Shown here: positions 21,005 through 30,927 of the stretch, one piece after another
Layout of the letters: every line of letters starts with the position of its first letter
Position numbering within the stretch: the first letter of the stretch is position 1
From: an uncultured bacterium
GTDB taxonomy: Bacteria; Fidelibacterota; UBA2242
DNA: 64,000 bases
NCBI GenBank assembly: GCA_964605705.1
Contig: CAZSDW010000014.1
Location: 7,130-71,129 of the forward strand
Direction of reading: 5' to 3'
The notes under the pieces: model-generated
Database searches by the model: none
What the model was told of the DNA's origin: nothing
The model's input: only the letters and a program-made list of their open reading frames with translations
Program-made: the position numbers and the translations under genes

Positions 21005-22360
21005 ATGTTTTCAGATCGAGTGCGAAATATTGGCATCATCCTGCTGATCCTGATTATCAGTTGTCCCCTGATAGGGCAAACCCGCCGGGACCCGCGGGCG
21101 ATGGCGCTGGCTGGCGCATATGGAATGCTGGCGCGCGGACCTTTTGTGGTTGACTATAATCCGGCAAACCTGGCACTGGAGGATCAGTATCGATCTTACC
21201 GGGTATGGTTCGGCTTGAATACCAGTTTTACGAATAATTTCCTGTCGCTGAAACGATACCAGGAATATAACGGAAAAGACTTTGAAGCCAACGACGGAAA
21301 ATTAAAACAGCAATTTCTTGATCAGATTCCGCCAAACGGCTGGCGAATTTTCACGGATGTTCATATCCCTATTCCTTATCTGAATTTTTCCCGTTATAAC
21401 AAAGCCTTTACATCGGATGTAATCGCCATCGGTGATATCGGTTTACCGGAAGGTCTGGTAAGGTTTCTATTTGAGGGAAATCCGATCAAGGAAAAGCTGG
21501 ACATGGATTTCAAGGAAGAATTTCTTCTGATGAATCAATACGCCTATACCTTCGCCTTTCCGGTAAAGAAATTATATATGGGCGTCAGCCTGAAATACCT
21601 GCAGGGCATCAATTATTTCGGTATAAATCCCGATTCCTCCTACGGGTATATCACGACCCATTTCAGCGCCGGGCGCAATTACATGGTTGGTGAAGGGTAT
21701 TATCTTTTTCAACAATCGGTCGGGGGGCAGGGGTATGCGATGGACTTGGGTATTACGACCCGGGAAATCAATGGCTATCACCTGGGATTATCCTTTACGA
21801 ACCTGTTTGGCAGAATCATCTGGAATAAAAATACCCTGGTGTCCCGGCTAATCGATAAAAAGGGATTTATCGAAGATGGCAGCGGACGAGCTTACTGGTT
21901 TAAAGTCAATGAAGCCCGCATGGATAAACTTTTCGGTTCCAATAAATTCAGCAGTATTTTCCCCGGAGGTAATAAAGCGATAAACGATTCCAGCGAATTT
22001 GTAATGCGCTATCCCACGCTGCTGCGATTCAGTTTTTCCAAGTGGCTGGATGAGGGCGCTCAGCTGGCAATGGATTTTGTCGTTGGTTTTGAAGACCGAT
22101 TTTATTCTTTTGGCGCCTGGAAATGGAGCACCGGATTTGAATTTACCAATAATCCCCGGATTCCGATTCGGGCGGGCGTCTCATTCGGGGGATGGAAGCA
22201 CCTGGAGCTGACTTTTGGCAGCGGCTATAATGTTGGTTTTATCCATTTCAATTGGGCATTGGGACTGAATCAGGGGCTATGGTTCTCGACAGCCAAAGGG
22301 ATCAATATCGCGTTTAATATTTATACGACTAAAAAAGACAAGGATTATAAACAGAAATAA
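21005..22360 (+). CDS. Outer-membrane beta-barrel, FadL/PorV/DUF5723-like (pair 2), paralog of the 17257 ORF
   Basis: 'DPRAMALAGAYG...YNPANLA', TNNF.SL, NKAFT, KY.QG..Y.G..PD.S.G, G.W..T..GI shared with the 17257 ORF. Confidence 0.7.
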   Translation: MFSDRVRNIGIILLILIISCPLIGQTRRDPRAMALAGAYGMLARGPFVVDYNPANLALEDQYRSYRVWFGLNTSFTNNFLSLKRYQEYNGKDFEANDGKLKQQFLDQIPPNGWRIFTDVHIPIPYLNFSRYNKAFTSDVIAIGDIGLPEGLVRFLFEGNPIKEKLDMDFKEEFLLMNQYAYTFAFPVKKLYMGVSLKYLQGINYFGINPDSSYGYITTHFSAGRNYMVGEGYYLFQQSVGGQGYAMDLGITTREINGYHLGLSFTNLFGRIIWNKNTLVSRLIDKKGFIEDGSGRAYWFKVNEARMDKLFGSNKFSSIFPGGNKAINDSSEFVMRYPTLLRFSFSKWLDEGAQLAMDFVVGFEDRFYSFGAWKWSTGFEFTNNPRIPIRAGVSFGGWKHLELTFGSGYNVGFIHFNWALGLNQGLWFSTAKGINIAFNIYTTKKDKDYKQK

Positions 22361-22363
22361 GGT

Positions 22364-23458
22364 TTACTGGCGGATTTTGTAAAACAGGTAAGCGCCACCG
22401 ATCAGGAAAACAATATTCCCGATCCAGACCGCCATGATCGGGCTGAGCAGCCCTTTGTAGCCCATCACCTGCCCGAATTTGATAAAACCGTAGTAAATAA
22501 AAATAATCAGCAGACTCATCCCGGCGCCGAAGCTGATGCCTTTGCGTTCCTTGAGCGCCGCCAGCGGTAATCCGAAAAGGATGACAATGAAATTGGTGAA
22601 TGGAAAGGAGATTTTATAATAGAGGTTGATTTTCCATTTGCGGGGATCGTTGCCGCTGTTTTCGAGCCGCTTGATAAATTGGGACAACTCGGCATAACGC
22701 ATACTTTCGGGATTCAGGCTGGTCTGGGTGACGTCCTCGGGGCGTAGATTGAAATAAAACAGTGAATCCGTCAGGGTTTTGGTGACTGTTTCGTTTCCAT
22801 CCACGTCGAATTCGCGGATTTTGAAATTTGTCAACAGCCAGGCATTGATCTCCGGTTGCCACTGCATTTTCCGGGCATCGATGCGATGCGTCAGTATATT
22901 GTCCCGGGTCTGCTGAATAGTGATTGAGTTTCCGATATTATTGCGTGTATCGAAGCGGGTAATGACGATATTGCAGGTTGGTGAATCCTGGAACATAACA
23001 TTCGTATAAACGAGTTTCTGGCTTTTTCGATTTCGCTTCATCTGGTTCTGTTCAATGTCAATTCGCTTGCGGGAGGCGGGAATGACCACGGCATCTTCAA
23101 AAAAAAACTGACCGGCGCTGAACAGCAAGCCAATAAACAGCAGCGGTGCGGTCAAGCGGTAAAGGCTGATCCCGGAAGATTTGATGGCGCCCAGCTCGTT
23201 GGATTTGCCCATACTGCCGACGGTAAAAACCGCCGCCAGCAGCAGCGACATCGGGATTGCAATATCGATAAACCACGGCAATTGATAATAGTAAAAAACC
23301 GCCACATCCATGAAGGACATTTCGGATTTCAGGAATTTATCGATTTTTTCGATAATATCGACGATATGGAATATTACCAGAAATGTCAACAACGATATGA
23401 AGAAAAGCAGGATGAATTTTTTAATAACGTAGCGGTCGAGTATTTTTATTTCCATCAT
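22364..23458 (-). CDS. lptG: LPS export ABC transporter permease, LptF/LptG family (LptG-like)
   Basis: ILDRYV, PMSLLLA, NELGAIKSSGISLYRL, KISFPF; six TM helices with a periplasmic beta domain. Confidence 0.85.
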   Translation of the reverse strand: MMEIKILDRYVIKKFILLFFISLLTFLVIFHIVDIIEKIDKFLKSEMSFMDVAVFYYYQLPWFIDIAIPMSLLLAAVFTVGSMGKSNELGAIKSSGISLYRLTAPLLFIGLLFSAGQFFFEDAVVIPASRKRIDIEQNQMKRNRKSQKLVYTNVMFQDSPTCNIVITRFDTRNNIGNSITIQQTRDNILTHRIDARKMQWQPEINAWLLTNFKIREFDVDGNETVTKTLTDSLFYFNLRPEDVTQTSLNPESMRYAELSQFIKRLENSGNDPRKWKINLYYKISFPFTNFIVILFGLPLAALKERKGISFGAGMSLLIIFIYYGFIKFGQVMGYKGLLSPIMAVWIGNIVFLIGGAYLFYKIRQ

Positions 23459-23607
23459 CCTGCGAAATCTAAAACAGCCGAAAGACTTTCGCCAAGCTTT
23501 TATCTTATTACTTTTATAGATTTTCTGGGGTTATCCGGGAATCGCATTTGAAAAATTTGCCGAAGCGGAAAAATTTTCAATTTTTCCTTTTAACTTTTTC
23601 CTGTGAT

Positions 23608-23964
23608 TCATTCTCCCCGAACATATTTCGCGACTTTCAGCATTTTCCGCTCGATACAAATAAATCCGGCTTTGGCATATCCACAGGACTTCATTGTGGA
23701 TTTGAAATTTTCATCAAGATGATGCATCAGTTTATCCAGCGACTCGAAACTCTCCGGATTGGTTTCATTCAGAATATTACGGAAGGAATTAATGGCGTGT
23801 AATTCGTTTTCATAGAGTGCCACGTTTTCCCTATGTACGTAGTTGGTAATTAAACCGTCTTTAAGTTTATGTTCGCAGATCTTTTTCAGAGTATGGATAT
23901 CATCTTGCAGATCGTCCAATTCAAGTTTGAGGATTTCAATGAAATTTCGCAGTTGATTTTTCAT
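23608..23964 (-). CDS. Hypothetical helical protein, 118 aa
   Basis: ATG preceded by GGAGGA; fills the gap between trpA and lptG; no recognised motif. Confidence 0.65.
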   Translation of the reverse strand: MKNQLRNFIEILKLELDDLQDDIHTLKKICEHKLKDGLITNYVHRENVALYENELHAINSFRNILNETNPESFESLDKLMHHLDENFKSTMKSCGYAKAGFICIERKMLKVAKYVRGE

Positions 23965-24045
23965 AAGTCCTCCATGTGTTGATTATATTTACGTAATCAT
24001 GATATAATATTCAAGTATGTTTTGAAAATAGATTTTTGGGGACGA

Positions 24046-24828
24046 CTATCGGATGCTTGCGATAAAGGACCGGATTGCCAATGAACGGGCTGATACCGGT
24101 GTTTTTTCCAGAAGATCTATAAAAGCGGAACCGATAATCACCCCGTCTGAATACTGTGTATATGTCAGAAAATCCCGGTGAGTTTTGACACCGAATCCAA
24201 TAATCCAGGGGTGTCTAAGAGTTTGATTCAGATGTTCGAAAAATTCGATTGTGCTCCGGGTTGGTTTGTTATCCTGACCGGTGACCCCGGTATAGGCGAC
24301 ACAGTATATAAACGATGTGCTGGTCTGATCAATCTGCCGGATGCGTTCTCTGGGAGTATTCGGAGCAATCAGGTGAATCAGATCGAGGTCGGCTTGCTGG
24401 AGAGCGGGCTGGTAAGCCTGACTCTCCTCAAGCGGAAAATCAGGCAGAATCAATCCATCGACACCGGCTTCATTTGCCTGTCGAATAAATCTGTCGATTC
24501 CCATCCGGAAGACCGGATTCATATAACCCATCAGTAGAATGGGTATCTCTGCGGATTGGCGTACTTTTTTGACAATGTCTAAAACATGTTCCAGTGTGAC
24601 GCCGTTATGCAGGGCTCGATCCGAAGCTTTCTGGATCACCGGTCCATCGGCAATTGGGTCAGAAAAGGGAATCCCCAATTCGATGAAATCCACTCCGTTT
24701 TCTGCCAGATTCAGAATAATGTCCACAGTGTCGTCCTTTTCCGGAAAACCCGCCGTCACAAAAATGGAAAGATATTTTTCGTTGTGTTCTTTTTTCCTCT
24801 GTAGTAGTCGGTTCAGTTTAGTGCTCAT
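24046..24828 (-). CDS. trpA: Tryptophan synthase alpha chain
   Basis: IELGIPFSDPIADGPVIQ, LMGYMNP, GVTG, GFGV, DGVIIGSA. Confidence 0.95.
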   Translation of the reverse strand: MSTKLNRLLQRKKEHNEKYLSIFVTAGFPEKDDTVDIILNLAENGVDFIELGIPFSDPIADGPVIQKASDRALHNGVTLEHVLDIVKKVRQSAEIPILLMGYMNPVFRMGIDRFIRQANEAGVDGLILPDFPLEESQAYQPALQQADLDLIHLIAPNTPRERIRQIDQTSTSFIYCVAYTGVTGQDNKPTRSTIEFFEHLNQTLRHPWIIGFGVKTHRDFLTYTQYSDGVIIGSAFIDLLEKTPVSARSLAIRSFIASIR

Positions 24829-24835
24829 AATATTT

Positions 24836-26647
24836 TCACTGTTCACAAATATGTTTAATATAGGTTTCGATATCCTTGTCGCCGCGCCCGCTCAGGTTGA
24901 CAATCACGATTTCATCAGCTTGGGTATTTGGCATCAGGTAATCAAGACAGGCTAAAGCATGCGCCGATTCCAGCGCCGGGATGATCCCTTCCTGGCGGCT
25001 CAGAAGCGCCACCGCATTCAGGGCTTCCTGGTCGGTCACCGAATTGTACTCGACGCGCTTGCTGTCGAACAAAAAGCTGTGTTCCGGTCCGACACCGGGA
25101 TAATCGAGCCCGGCTGACAGGGAGTAGGGCAATTGAATCTGCCCGTCGGCATTTTGCAGGATGTAGGTTTTCATGCCATGGAAAATCCCAAGCGAACCTC
25201 TGCCCAGAGTTGCCGCATGCTGATGACTGTCAATACCCAGACCAGCGGCTTCAACGCCAATCAATTTCACATTCGTATCTTCAAGAAACGGGTGAAAAAT
25301 TCCGATGGCATTGCTGCCACCACCAACGCAGGCGAGAATATAATCGGGCAGTCGATTCTCCTTGTTCAGAATTTGTACACGGGTTTCTTCGCCGATGATT
25401 TTCTGAAAATCCCGGACGATCATGGGAAACGGATGCGGACCGACAACAGAGCCGATGATGTAATGGGTGGTTCTGACATTTACCAGCCAGTCGCGCATGG
25501 CTTCATTGGTGGCGTCTTTTAAAGTAGCTGTGCCGGAAACTACCGGTTTCACTTCCGCCCCCAGCATGCGCATCCGTTGCACATTGGGGTGCTGACGCTC
25601 GATATCCTCAGTTCCCATATAGATACAACATTCCAGCCCGGCTCGGGCAGCGACCGTAGCTGTTGCGACGCCATGCTGTCCGGCACCAGTCTCGGCGATA
25701 ATCCGTTTTTTCTGCATTTGCTGGGCAAGCAAAATCTGTCCGATGGCGTTGTTAATTTTATGGGCACCGGTATGATTCAGGTCTTCACGCTTCAGATAGA
25801 TTTTAGCTTTTTGGTAATGTTTTGTCAGGTTTTCGGCAAAATACAACGCTGTCGGACGACCGGCATAGTCATGCAGCTCGGCTTTAAACTTTTGCTGAAA
25901 CTGCGGATCATTTTTAAGATTATTGTAGGTCTCTTCCAACTCTGTCAAAGCCGGCAGTAATATCTCGGGGATGAATTGTCCGCCGTATTCACCGAAATAA
26001 CCTTTTTTCTTGGATTGAATCATTATTGTTATCCTGTTATAATCTCTGACTTTTTCGACCAATATTTTAATTTTGTCACGATCTTTTTTACCGGGAGATA
26101 ATTCTGCGCCACTGGCAACATCCACGACCGCCGGACTAACGGTTTCCAGTGCCTGACTGATATTTTGTGGAGTAATTCCACCGGCAAGGATCAGTTTATT
26201 CCCTGGAATATTTGCCGGAATATTCGTCCAATTGAAGGTTTTGCCAGTACCGCCGAAAGCGTTTTTTGAAGGGCTGTCCAGCAGGATCATATCGGCGTTT
26301 AGAGAATCGTAATTCGAAACGTGCTGATTCGTAATTTGATAGCAGATAATTGACGGTATCGGTAAAACCGACAGATCGCTGAAATCACGCGGTTCGTGAA
26401 TCTGCACTCGTGCGATTTGAGTTTTCTGAATAATTTCTTTCACCTCAGATAATGTTGGCTGTACCAGAATTCCGATGCTTTCGATATGATCGGGTAGTTT
26501 TTTAATAATTTCCGCTGCCCGAAGCGGATCAATATACCGCGGACTTTTCGGGTAAAAATTGAATCCCAGCCAGTCCACACCGAGGTCGGCTGCCAGCAAT
26601 GCGTCTTCCAGATTGGTAATGCCGCAGATCTTTAACTTAACCGGCAT
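24836..26647 (-). CDS. trpFB: Fused phosphoribosylanthranilate isomerase (TrpF) - tryptophan synthase beta chain (TrpB)
   Basis: N-part [30 protein letters not shown]; C-part [48 protein letters not shown]; no stop between them. Confidence 0.92.
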   Translation of the reverse strand: MPVKLKICGITNLEDALLAADLGVDWLGFNFYPKSPRYIDPLRAAEIIKKLPDHIESIGILVQPTLSEVKEIIQKTQIARVQIHEPRDFSDLSVLPIPSIICYQITNQHVSNYDSLNADMILLDSPSKNAFGGTGKTFNWTNIPANIPGNKLILAGGITPQNISQALETVSPAVVDVASGAELSPGKKDRDKIKILVEKVRDYNRITIMIQSKKKGYFGEYGGQFIPEILLPALTELEETYNNLKNDPQFQQKFKAELHDYAGRPTALYFAENLTKHYQKAKIYLKREDLNHTGAHKINNAIGQILLAQQMQKKRIIAETGAGQHGVATATVAARAGLECCIYMGTEDIERQHPNVQRMRMLGAEVKPVVSGTATLKDATNEAMRDWLVNVRTTHYIIGSVVGPHPFPMIVRDFQKIIGEETRVQILNKENRLPDYILACVGGGSNAIGIFHPFLEDTNVKLIGVEAAGLGIDSHQHAATLGRGSLGIFHGMKTYILQNADGQIQLPYSLSAGLDYPGVGPEHSFLFDSKRVEYNSVTDQEALNAVALLSRQEGIIPALESAHALACLDYLMPNTQADEIVIVNLSGRGDKDIETYIKHICEQ

Positions 26648-27434
26648 AAGCGATTCCCTTTCTGAATTCATCCAGCAGTGCTTTCGGGGAAGCTGCCTGC
26701 ATCAGCGCCTCACCGATCAATGAACCGGCAAAGCCGTTTATAAAAAGCCGTTTGCAGTCAGCAGCTGTGAAAATGCCGCTCTCGCTGATGACTGGAATTC
26801 CTTTGGGTAATTGTGGCTTCAGGGTCAGCGAATTTTCAAGACTGATTTTGAAGGTGTGCAGATCCCGATTATTGATACCCAGAATAATATGTTTGCTGGT
26901 TGGGAGTATTTTTTCGATGTCAGCCGGATCAGCGATCTCCAGCAGGATTTCAAGGTTCAGCTCGGCAGCAATGCGACAGTACTCCGCCATTTGAGATTTG
27001 CTTAGAGTCCTGGCGATTAACAAAATCAGGTCAGCACCATGATAGCGGGATTCATAGATCTGATAGGGATCGATAATAAAATCTTTTCGCAGCAAGGGCA
27101 GCCCAACGATTTTTCGAATTTCCTTAAGGTAGTCGAGTTTGCCCATGAAATATTTCTCATCAGTCAGAATTGAGATAGCACTTGCACCGGCATCGACATA
27201 TTGTTGTGCCAACCTGACAGGATCGAAATTTGCGCGGATAATTCCCCGGGATGGCGATGCTTTTTTGATTTCGCAGATAAAGTGAAAATCACTACTTGAG
27301 TCCAATTTCTGGCGAAGACTTTTTGTTTTTGGCAAATTGACGATGGAATTTTGATAAAATTCAACCGGGATTTGAGCTTTTAATGACTCAAGTTCGGATT
27401 TCTTGTGCTGGATGATTTCGTCGAGAATCGTCAT
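26637..27434 (-). CDS. trpC: Indole-3-glycerol phosphate synthase
   Basis: [41 protein letters not shown]. Confidence 0.95.
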   Translation of the reverse strand: MTILDEIIQHKKSELESLKAQIPVEFYQNSIVNLPKTKSLRQKLDSSSDFHFICEIKKASPSRGIIRANFDPVRLAQQYVDAGASAISILTDEKYFMGKLDYLKEIRKIVGLPLLRKDFIIDPYQIYESRYHGADLILLIARTLSKSQMAEYCRIAAELNLEILLEIADPADIEKILPTSKHIILGINNRDLHTFKISLENSLTLKPQLPKGIPVISESGIFTAADCKRLFINGFAGSLIGEALMQAASPKALLDEFRKGIAYAG

Positions 27435-27443
27435 GCTTTCACT

Positions 27444-28481
27444 TTAATTTGCCATTTCATTACTGAACTCCCGAATCTCATTCAGCTTCATCATGGCACT
27501 GCCGTTGTCGATTAATTCAGTTGCCAGAGCAATCCCGTCATCAACGTTTTTGACTTTGTTGGCGATGTACAGACCGAAGGCAGCATTCAGGATGGTCATA
27601 TCCCGCGGGATACCTTCTTCACCTCTCAGAACTGACAAGGTGATGATCGCGTTCTGCTCACTGTCTCCGCCCTGAGCCGTTGCTCCTTTTTTGGCACTCT
27701 TTTTATATAGATCCGATGAAAAAACATAGTTATCGATTCCTGATTTAGCCCGATTGATCTCGAATATCTGGTTTGCAGCGAAGGGTGAAATCTCGTCAAA
27801 TCCATCATCGCTGTGAACGACACAGGCTTTTAAATAATTCCGCCGTTTGAGAACCGCGGCAGTTTTTTTAGCGATTTCCTTGTTGAAGGTGCCGATCAAT
27901 TGGCGTCTGACGCCGGCAGGATTCAGCAGAGGTCCGAGCATATTGAAAACCGTCCGGGTAGCCAGGTTTTTACGATGGGGGACGACGGCTTTCATTGCCG
28001 GGTGATAGAGAGGCGCAAAAAAGAAACCGAAGCCGATTTCATCGATGCCCTGCCTGGTTTTTTCCGGCGACAGGTCAATTTTCACACCGAGTTTTTCCAG
28101 GACATCTGCCGATCCGGCTTTACTGGAAACAGAACGATTGCCGTGCTTGGCAACCGATACTCCACCGGCGGCGACGACTATTGCCGCCGTGGTTGAAATA
28201 TTAAACGAATGCTTCTGATCACCGCCGGTGCCACAGACATCGATCGCGTCAGGATCATTCAACTTTACCGAAACCATGTTTTTTTCCATAGTATCGACAA
28301 ATCCCAGGATCTCATTGACCGACTCACCCTTGATCCGCAATCCGAATAGTAAAGCGCCTATTTCCGTTCCTGATAATTGTTCATCAATTATCATTTGCAG
28401 TGCGGCAGCTGCTTCGCGGCGACTGAGGTCTTCGCCGCTTCCAATCTTTTCAAGATATAATTTTATCATGATGTGCTCCAT
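27444..28481 (-). CDS. trpD: Anthranilate phosphoribosyltransferase
   Basis: DVCGTGGD, FNIST, AKHGNRSVSSKAGSADVLE, FNMLGPLLNP. Confidence 0.95.
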   Translation of the reverse strand: MEHIMIKLYLEKIGSGEDLSRREAAAALQMIIDEQLSGTEIGALLFGLRIKGESVNEILGFVDTMEKNMVSVKLNDPDAIDVCGTGGDQKHSFNISTTAAIVVAAGGVSVAKHGNRSVSSKAGSADVLEKLGVKIDLSPEKTRQGIDEIGFGFFFAPLYHPAMKAVVPHRKNLATRTVFNMLGPLLNPAGVRRQLIGTFNKEIAKKTAAVLKRRNYLKACVVHSDDGFDEISPFAANQIFEINRAKSGIDNYVFSSDLYKKSAKKGATAQGGDSEQNAIITLSVLRGEEGIPRDMTILNAAFGLYIANKVKNVDDGIALATELIDNGSAMMKLNEIREFSNEMAN

Positions 28482-29068
28482 TGTTTATCTGTTTGAAAAA
28501 TTTTAACACTCTCCAGCCAGTTTTTTAAAATCATCATACCGTCTATTGTCAAAATCGATTCCGGATGAAACTGAACGCCACTGACCGGAAATTCTATATG
28601 TTCAATCGCCATAATCAGCCGATCTTCGCTCTCTGCAGTAATGGACAGACACGCGGGAAGTGATTTCCGTTCGATCATCAGTGAATGATAACGAGTGGCA
28701 ACCAGGGGTGATTGGATACCCTGAAAAATCCCCTTTGTGTTATGCTGAATCAATGATGTTTTCCCGTGAACCGGGCTGGGTGCCCGGATGATATCGGCGC
28801 CGAATACCTGACCGATAGCTTGGAAACCCAGACAGACGCCGAAAATCGGAATGATCCGATGATAGGTTTGAATGACATCAAGAGAAATTCCGGCATCATC
28901 GGGAGTGCCCGGACCGGGTGAAATTACGATTCCAGCGGGCTTCAGACGATCTATTTCAGCAACATCGATCTGGTCGTTACGCACTACCTGCAGGTTGGCT
29001 TCCATCTGCCCGATATAATCCACGAGATTATAGGTAAATGAGTCATAATTATCGATAAATAAAATCAT
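28466..29068 (-). CDS. trpG: Anthranilate synthase component II (glutamine amidotransferase)
   Basis: MILFIDNYDSFTYNL, SPGPG, GVCLG, RYHSL, QFHPES; start at 29068 after GAGGG. Confidence 0.93.
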   Translation of the reverse strand: MILFIDNYDSFTYNLVDYIGQMEANLQVVRNDQIDVAEIDRLKPAGIVISPGPGTPDDAGISLDVIQTYHRIIPIFGVCLGFQAIGQVFGADIIRAPSPVHGKTSLIQHNTKGIFQGIQSPLVATRYHSLMIERKSLPACLSITAESEDRLIMAIEHIEFPVSGVQFHPESILTIDGMMILKNWLESVKIFQTDKQWSTS

Positions 29069-30527
29069 TGATCCCTCTGTCTGCCTGCTCAATTGCACGG
29101 CGCAGGGCTTTACATTTATTTAAAGTTTCCTGGTATTCGTTTTCGGGAACACTGTCGGCGACAATCCCGGCGCCGGCTTGATAATACATGCGATCCCGGC
29201 TGGCTACAATAGTCCGAATACCGATACACAAATCCATATTGCCGCCGTAGTTAAAGTACCCGATCGCGCCGGCATAAATGCCCCGCTTTTGCGGTTCCAG
29301 TTCGTTGATGATTTCCATTGCCCGAATCTTGGGCGCACCTGTGACCGTTCCTGCCGGAAACGCCGATTTGAAGGCATCAACGACGGTCAAACCTTTCCGC
29401 AATTTTCCCGTAACCCTGGAAATTATATGCATAACATGCGAGTATTTTTGGATGGTTTTGAAATCTTTGACTTTGACGCTGCCGTATTCGGAAATCCGCC
29501 CGATATCATTTCTGGCAAGATCCACCAGCATCACATGTTCGGCGAGTTCTTTAGGGTCTTTCAGTAAATTTTCAGCCAGTGCTTCGTCTTCATTTTTGTC
29601 ATTGCCCCGCTGGCGCGTACCGGCGATGGGAATTATCTCCAGCTCGTGATCTTCAGCCCGGATGATCGGCTCGGGCGACGAACCAATCACCTGGTAATCC
29701 AGAAAATCGAGGTAAAACATATAGGGGGATGGATTGATGTTCCGCAGGGTCCGGTAAACCTGAAACGAATCACCGCTGTAAGCGACAGAAAAGCGTTGAG
29801 AGATAACCGCCTGAAAAATATCGCCGGCAAAAATATACTCTCTGGATTTTTGGACAACTTTCAGGAAATCATCTTTCGAAAAATTGGCTTCCTCGGTTTC
29901 CCAGTTCGCCTTGAATTTCAGGGAACTGTCGAACGGTCGGTTCAATTTATCCTGCAAGTGATCCAGTCGGTTCTGGGCTTCCTGGAACAGTTGATAATCA
30001 TCACTGTTCTCATCAATAAAAACATTGGCGATCAGGATGACCTCGTTTTTCAAGTGATCGAAAGCGATGAGCTGATTGTAAAAACCGAAGAGTGCATCGT
30101 CAGCACCAATCACATCGGTTTTGGGCGCAGGCAATTTCTCAATCTGACCGATCATTTCGTAACCCACATAGCCCACTGCACCGCAGGTAAAGCGGGGTAG
30201 CTCTTCGGTAAGCAATAAGTCATAATCCTTCAGTTGGTGCTGGAGCAAATCGAAGAAATCTTCTTTGTGAATTTGGTTTTTATGGTCGGAAATTGAAATC
30301 GTCTTATTATCAGTGAATTTCTGAATCAGATAGGGCTCCTGACTCAGGAAAGAATAGCGCCCGACCTGTTCGCCACGGATGACACTTTCCAGTAAAAACG
30401 AGTGTTTGCCGGCTTCCCGGATTTTCAGGTAAGCCATTACCGGGGTGATGAAATCCGCGTTGAATTTCCGATAGACCGGAATAATCAAACCCGGTCGGGA
30501 AAATTTTTTAAATGTGATATAGTTCAT
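29049..30527 (-). CDS. trpE: Anthranilate synthase component I
   Basis: LLES, GRYS, NPSPYMF, SSPE, PIAGT, EHVMLVDLARND, GAPKIRAM; first gene of the trp operon. Confidence 0.95.
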   Translation of the reverse strand: MNYITFKKFSRPGLIIPVYRKFNADFITPVMAYLKIREAGKHSFLLESVIRGEQVGRYSFLSQEPYLIQKFTDNKTISISDHKNQIHKEDFFDLLQHQLKDYDLLLTEELPRFTCGAVGYVGYEMIGQIEKLPAPKTDVIGADDALFGFYNQLIAFDHLKNEVILIANVFIDENSDDYQLFQEAQNRLDHLQDKLNRPFDSSLKFKANWETEEANFSKDDFLKVVQKSREYIFAGDIFQAVISQRFSVAYSGDSFQVYRTLRNINPSPYMFYLDFLDYQVIGSSPEPIIRAEDHELEIIPIAGTRQRGNDKNEDEALAENLLKDPKELAEHVMLVDLARNDIGRISEYGSVKVKDFKTIQKYSHVMHIISRVTGKLRKGLTVVDAFKSAFPAGTVTGAPKIRAMEIINELEPQKRGIYAGAIGYFNYGGNMDLCIGIRTIVASRDRMYYQAGAGIVADSVPENEYQETLNKCKALRRAIEQADRGINDFIYR

Positions 30528-30550
30528 GGATATCTCATCTGCCTGTCTTA

Positions 30551-30590
30551 CAAAACAAAAAACCCACCGGGCATTTCGCCGGCGGGTTTG
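30551..30590 (-). terminator. trp attenuator terminator hairpin
   Basis: Minus strand AAACCCGCCGG-CGAAATGC-CCGGTGGGTTT followed by TTTGTTTTG, just upstream of trpE. Confidence 0.85.
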
Positions 30591-30615
30591 AATTTATTCT
30601 GTAATGGTCTCTTAC

Positions 30616-30711
30616 TTAATCATTGTCATGTCCGGGGAAATGCCGTTTTATGAACTTTTCCCACCACCAATTCTGAATTTGTACTTGATTTTTCATTTTA
30701 TTCATTTTCAT
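30616..30711 (-). CDS. trpL: trp operon leader peptide MKMNKMKNQVQIQNWWWEKFIKRHFPGHDND (not in the ORF track)
   Basis: Three consecutive TGG codons; leader segment GGCATTTCCCCGG is complementary (12/13) to the terminator 5' arm and loop. Any of three in-frame ATGs could be the start. Confidence 0.85.
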   Translation of the reverse strand: MKMNKMKNQVQIQNWWWEKFIKRHFPGHDND

Positions 30712-30927
30712 AATCGCTGCCAATTATAAGAAATTCAGGCAAATCATGCAAGAAATATTATCTAAAATATATAGTGCCGGATAAATGTTATTATTTGACC
30801 AATAATAGCTTAAATAATTTAAGTTCGATTTGGATTTTATCGTGATGTAAAAAACTGTGTGTACATTTAGCGGGAATGTTAAATTAAGATTGAGCTTTCA
30901 GTTCAACGTCGAAAATGGGAGAAAATT

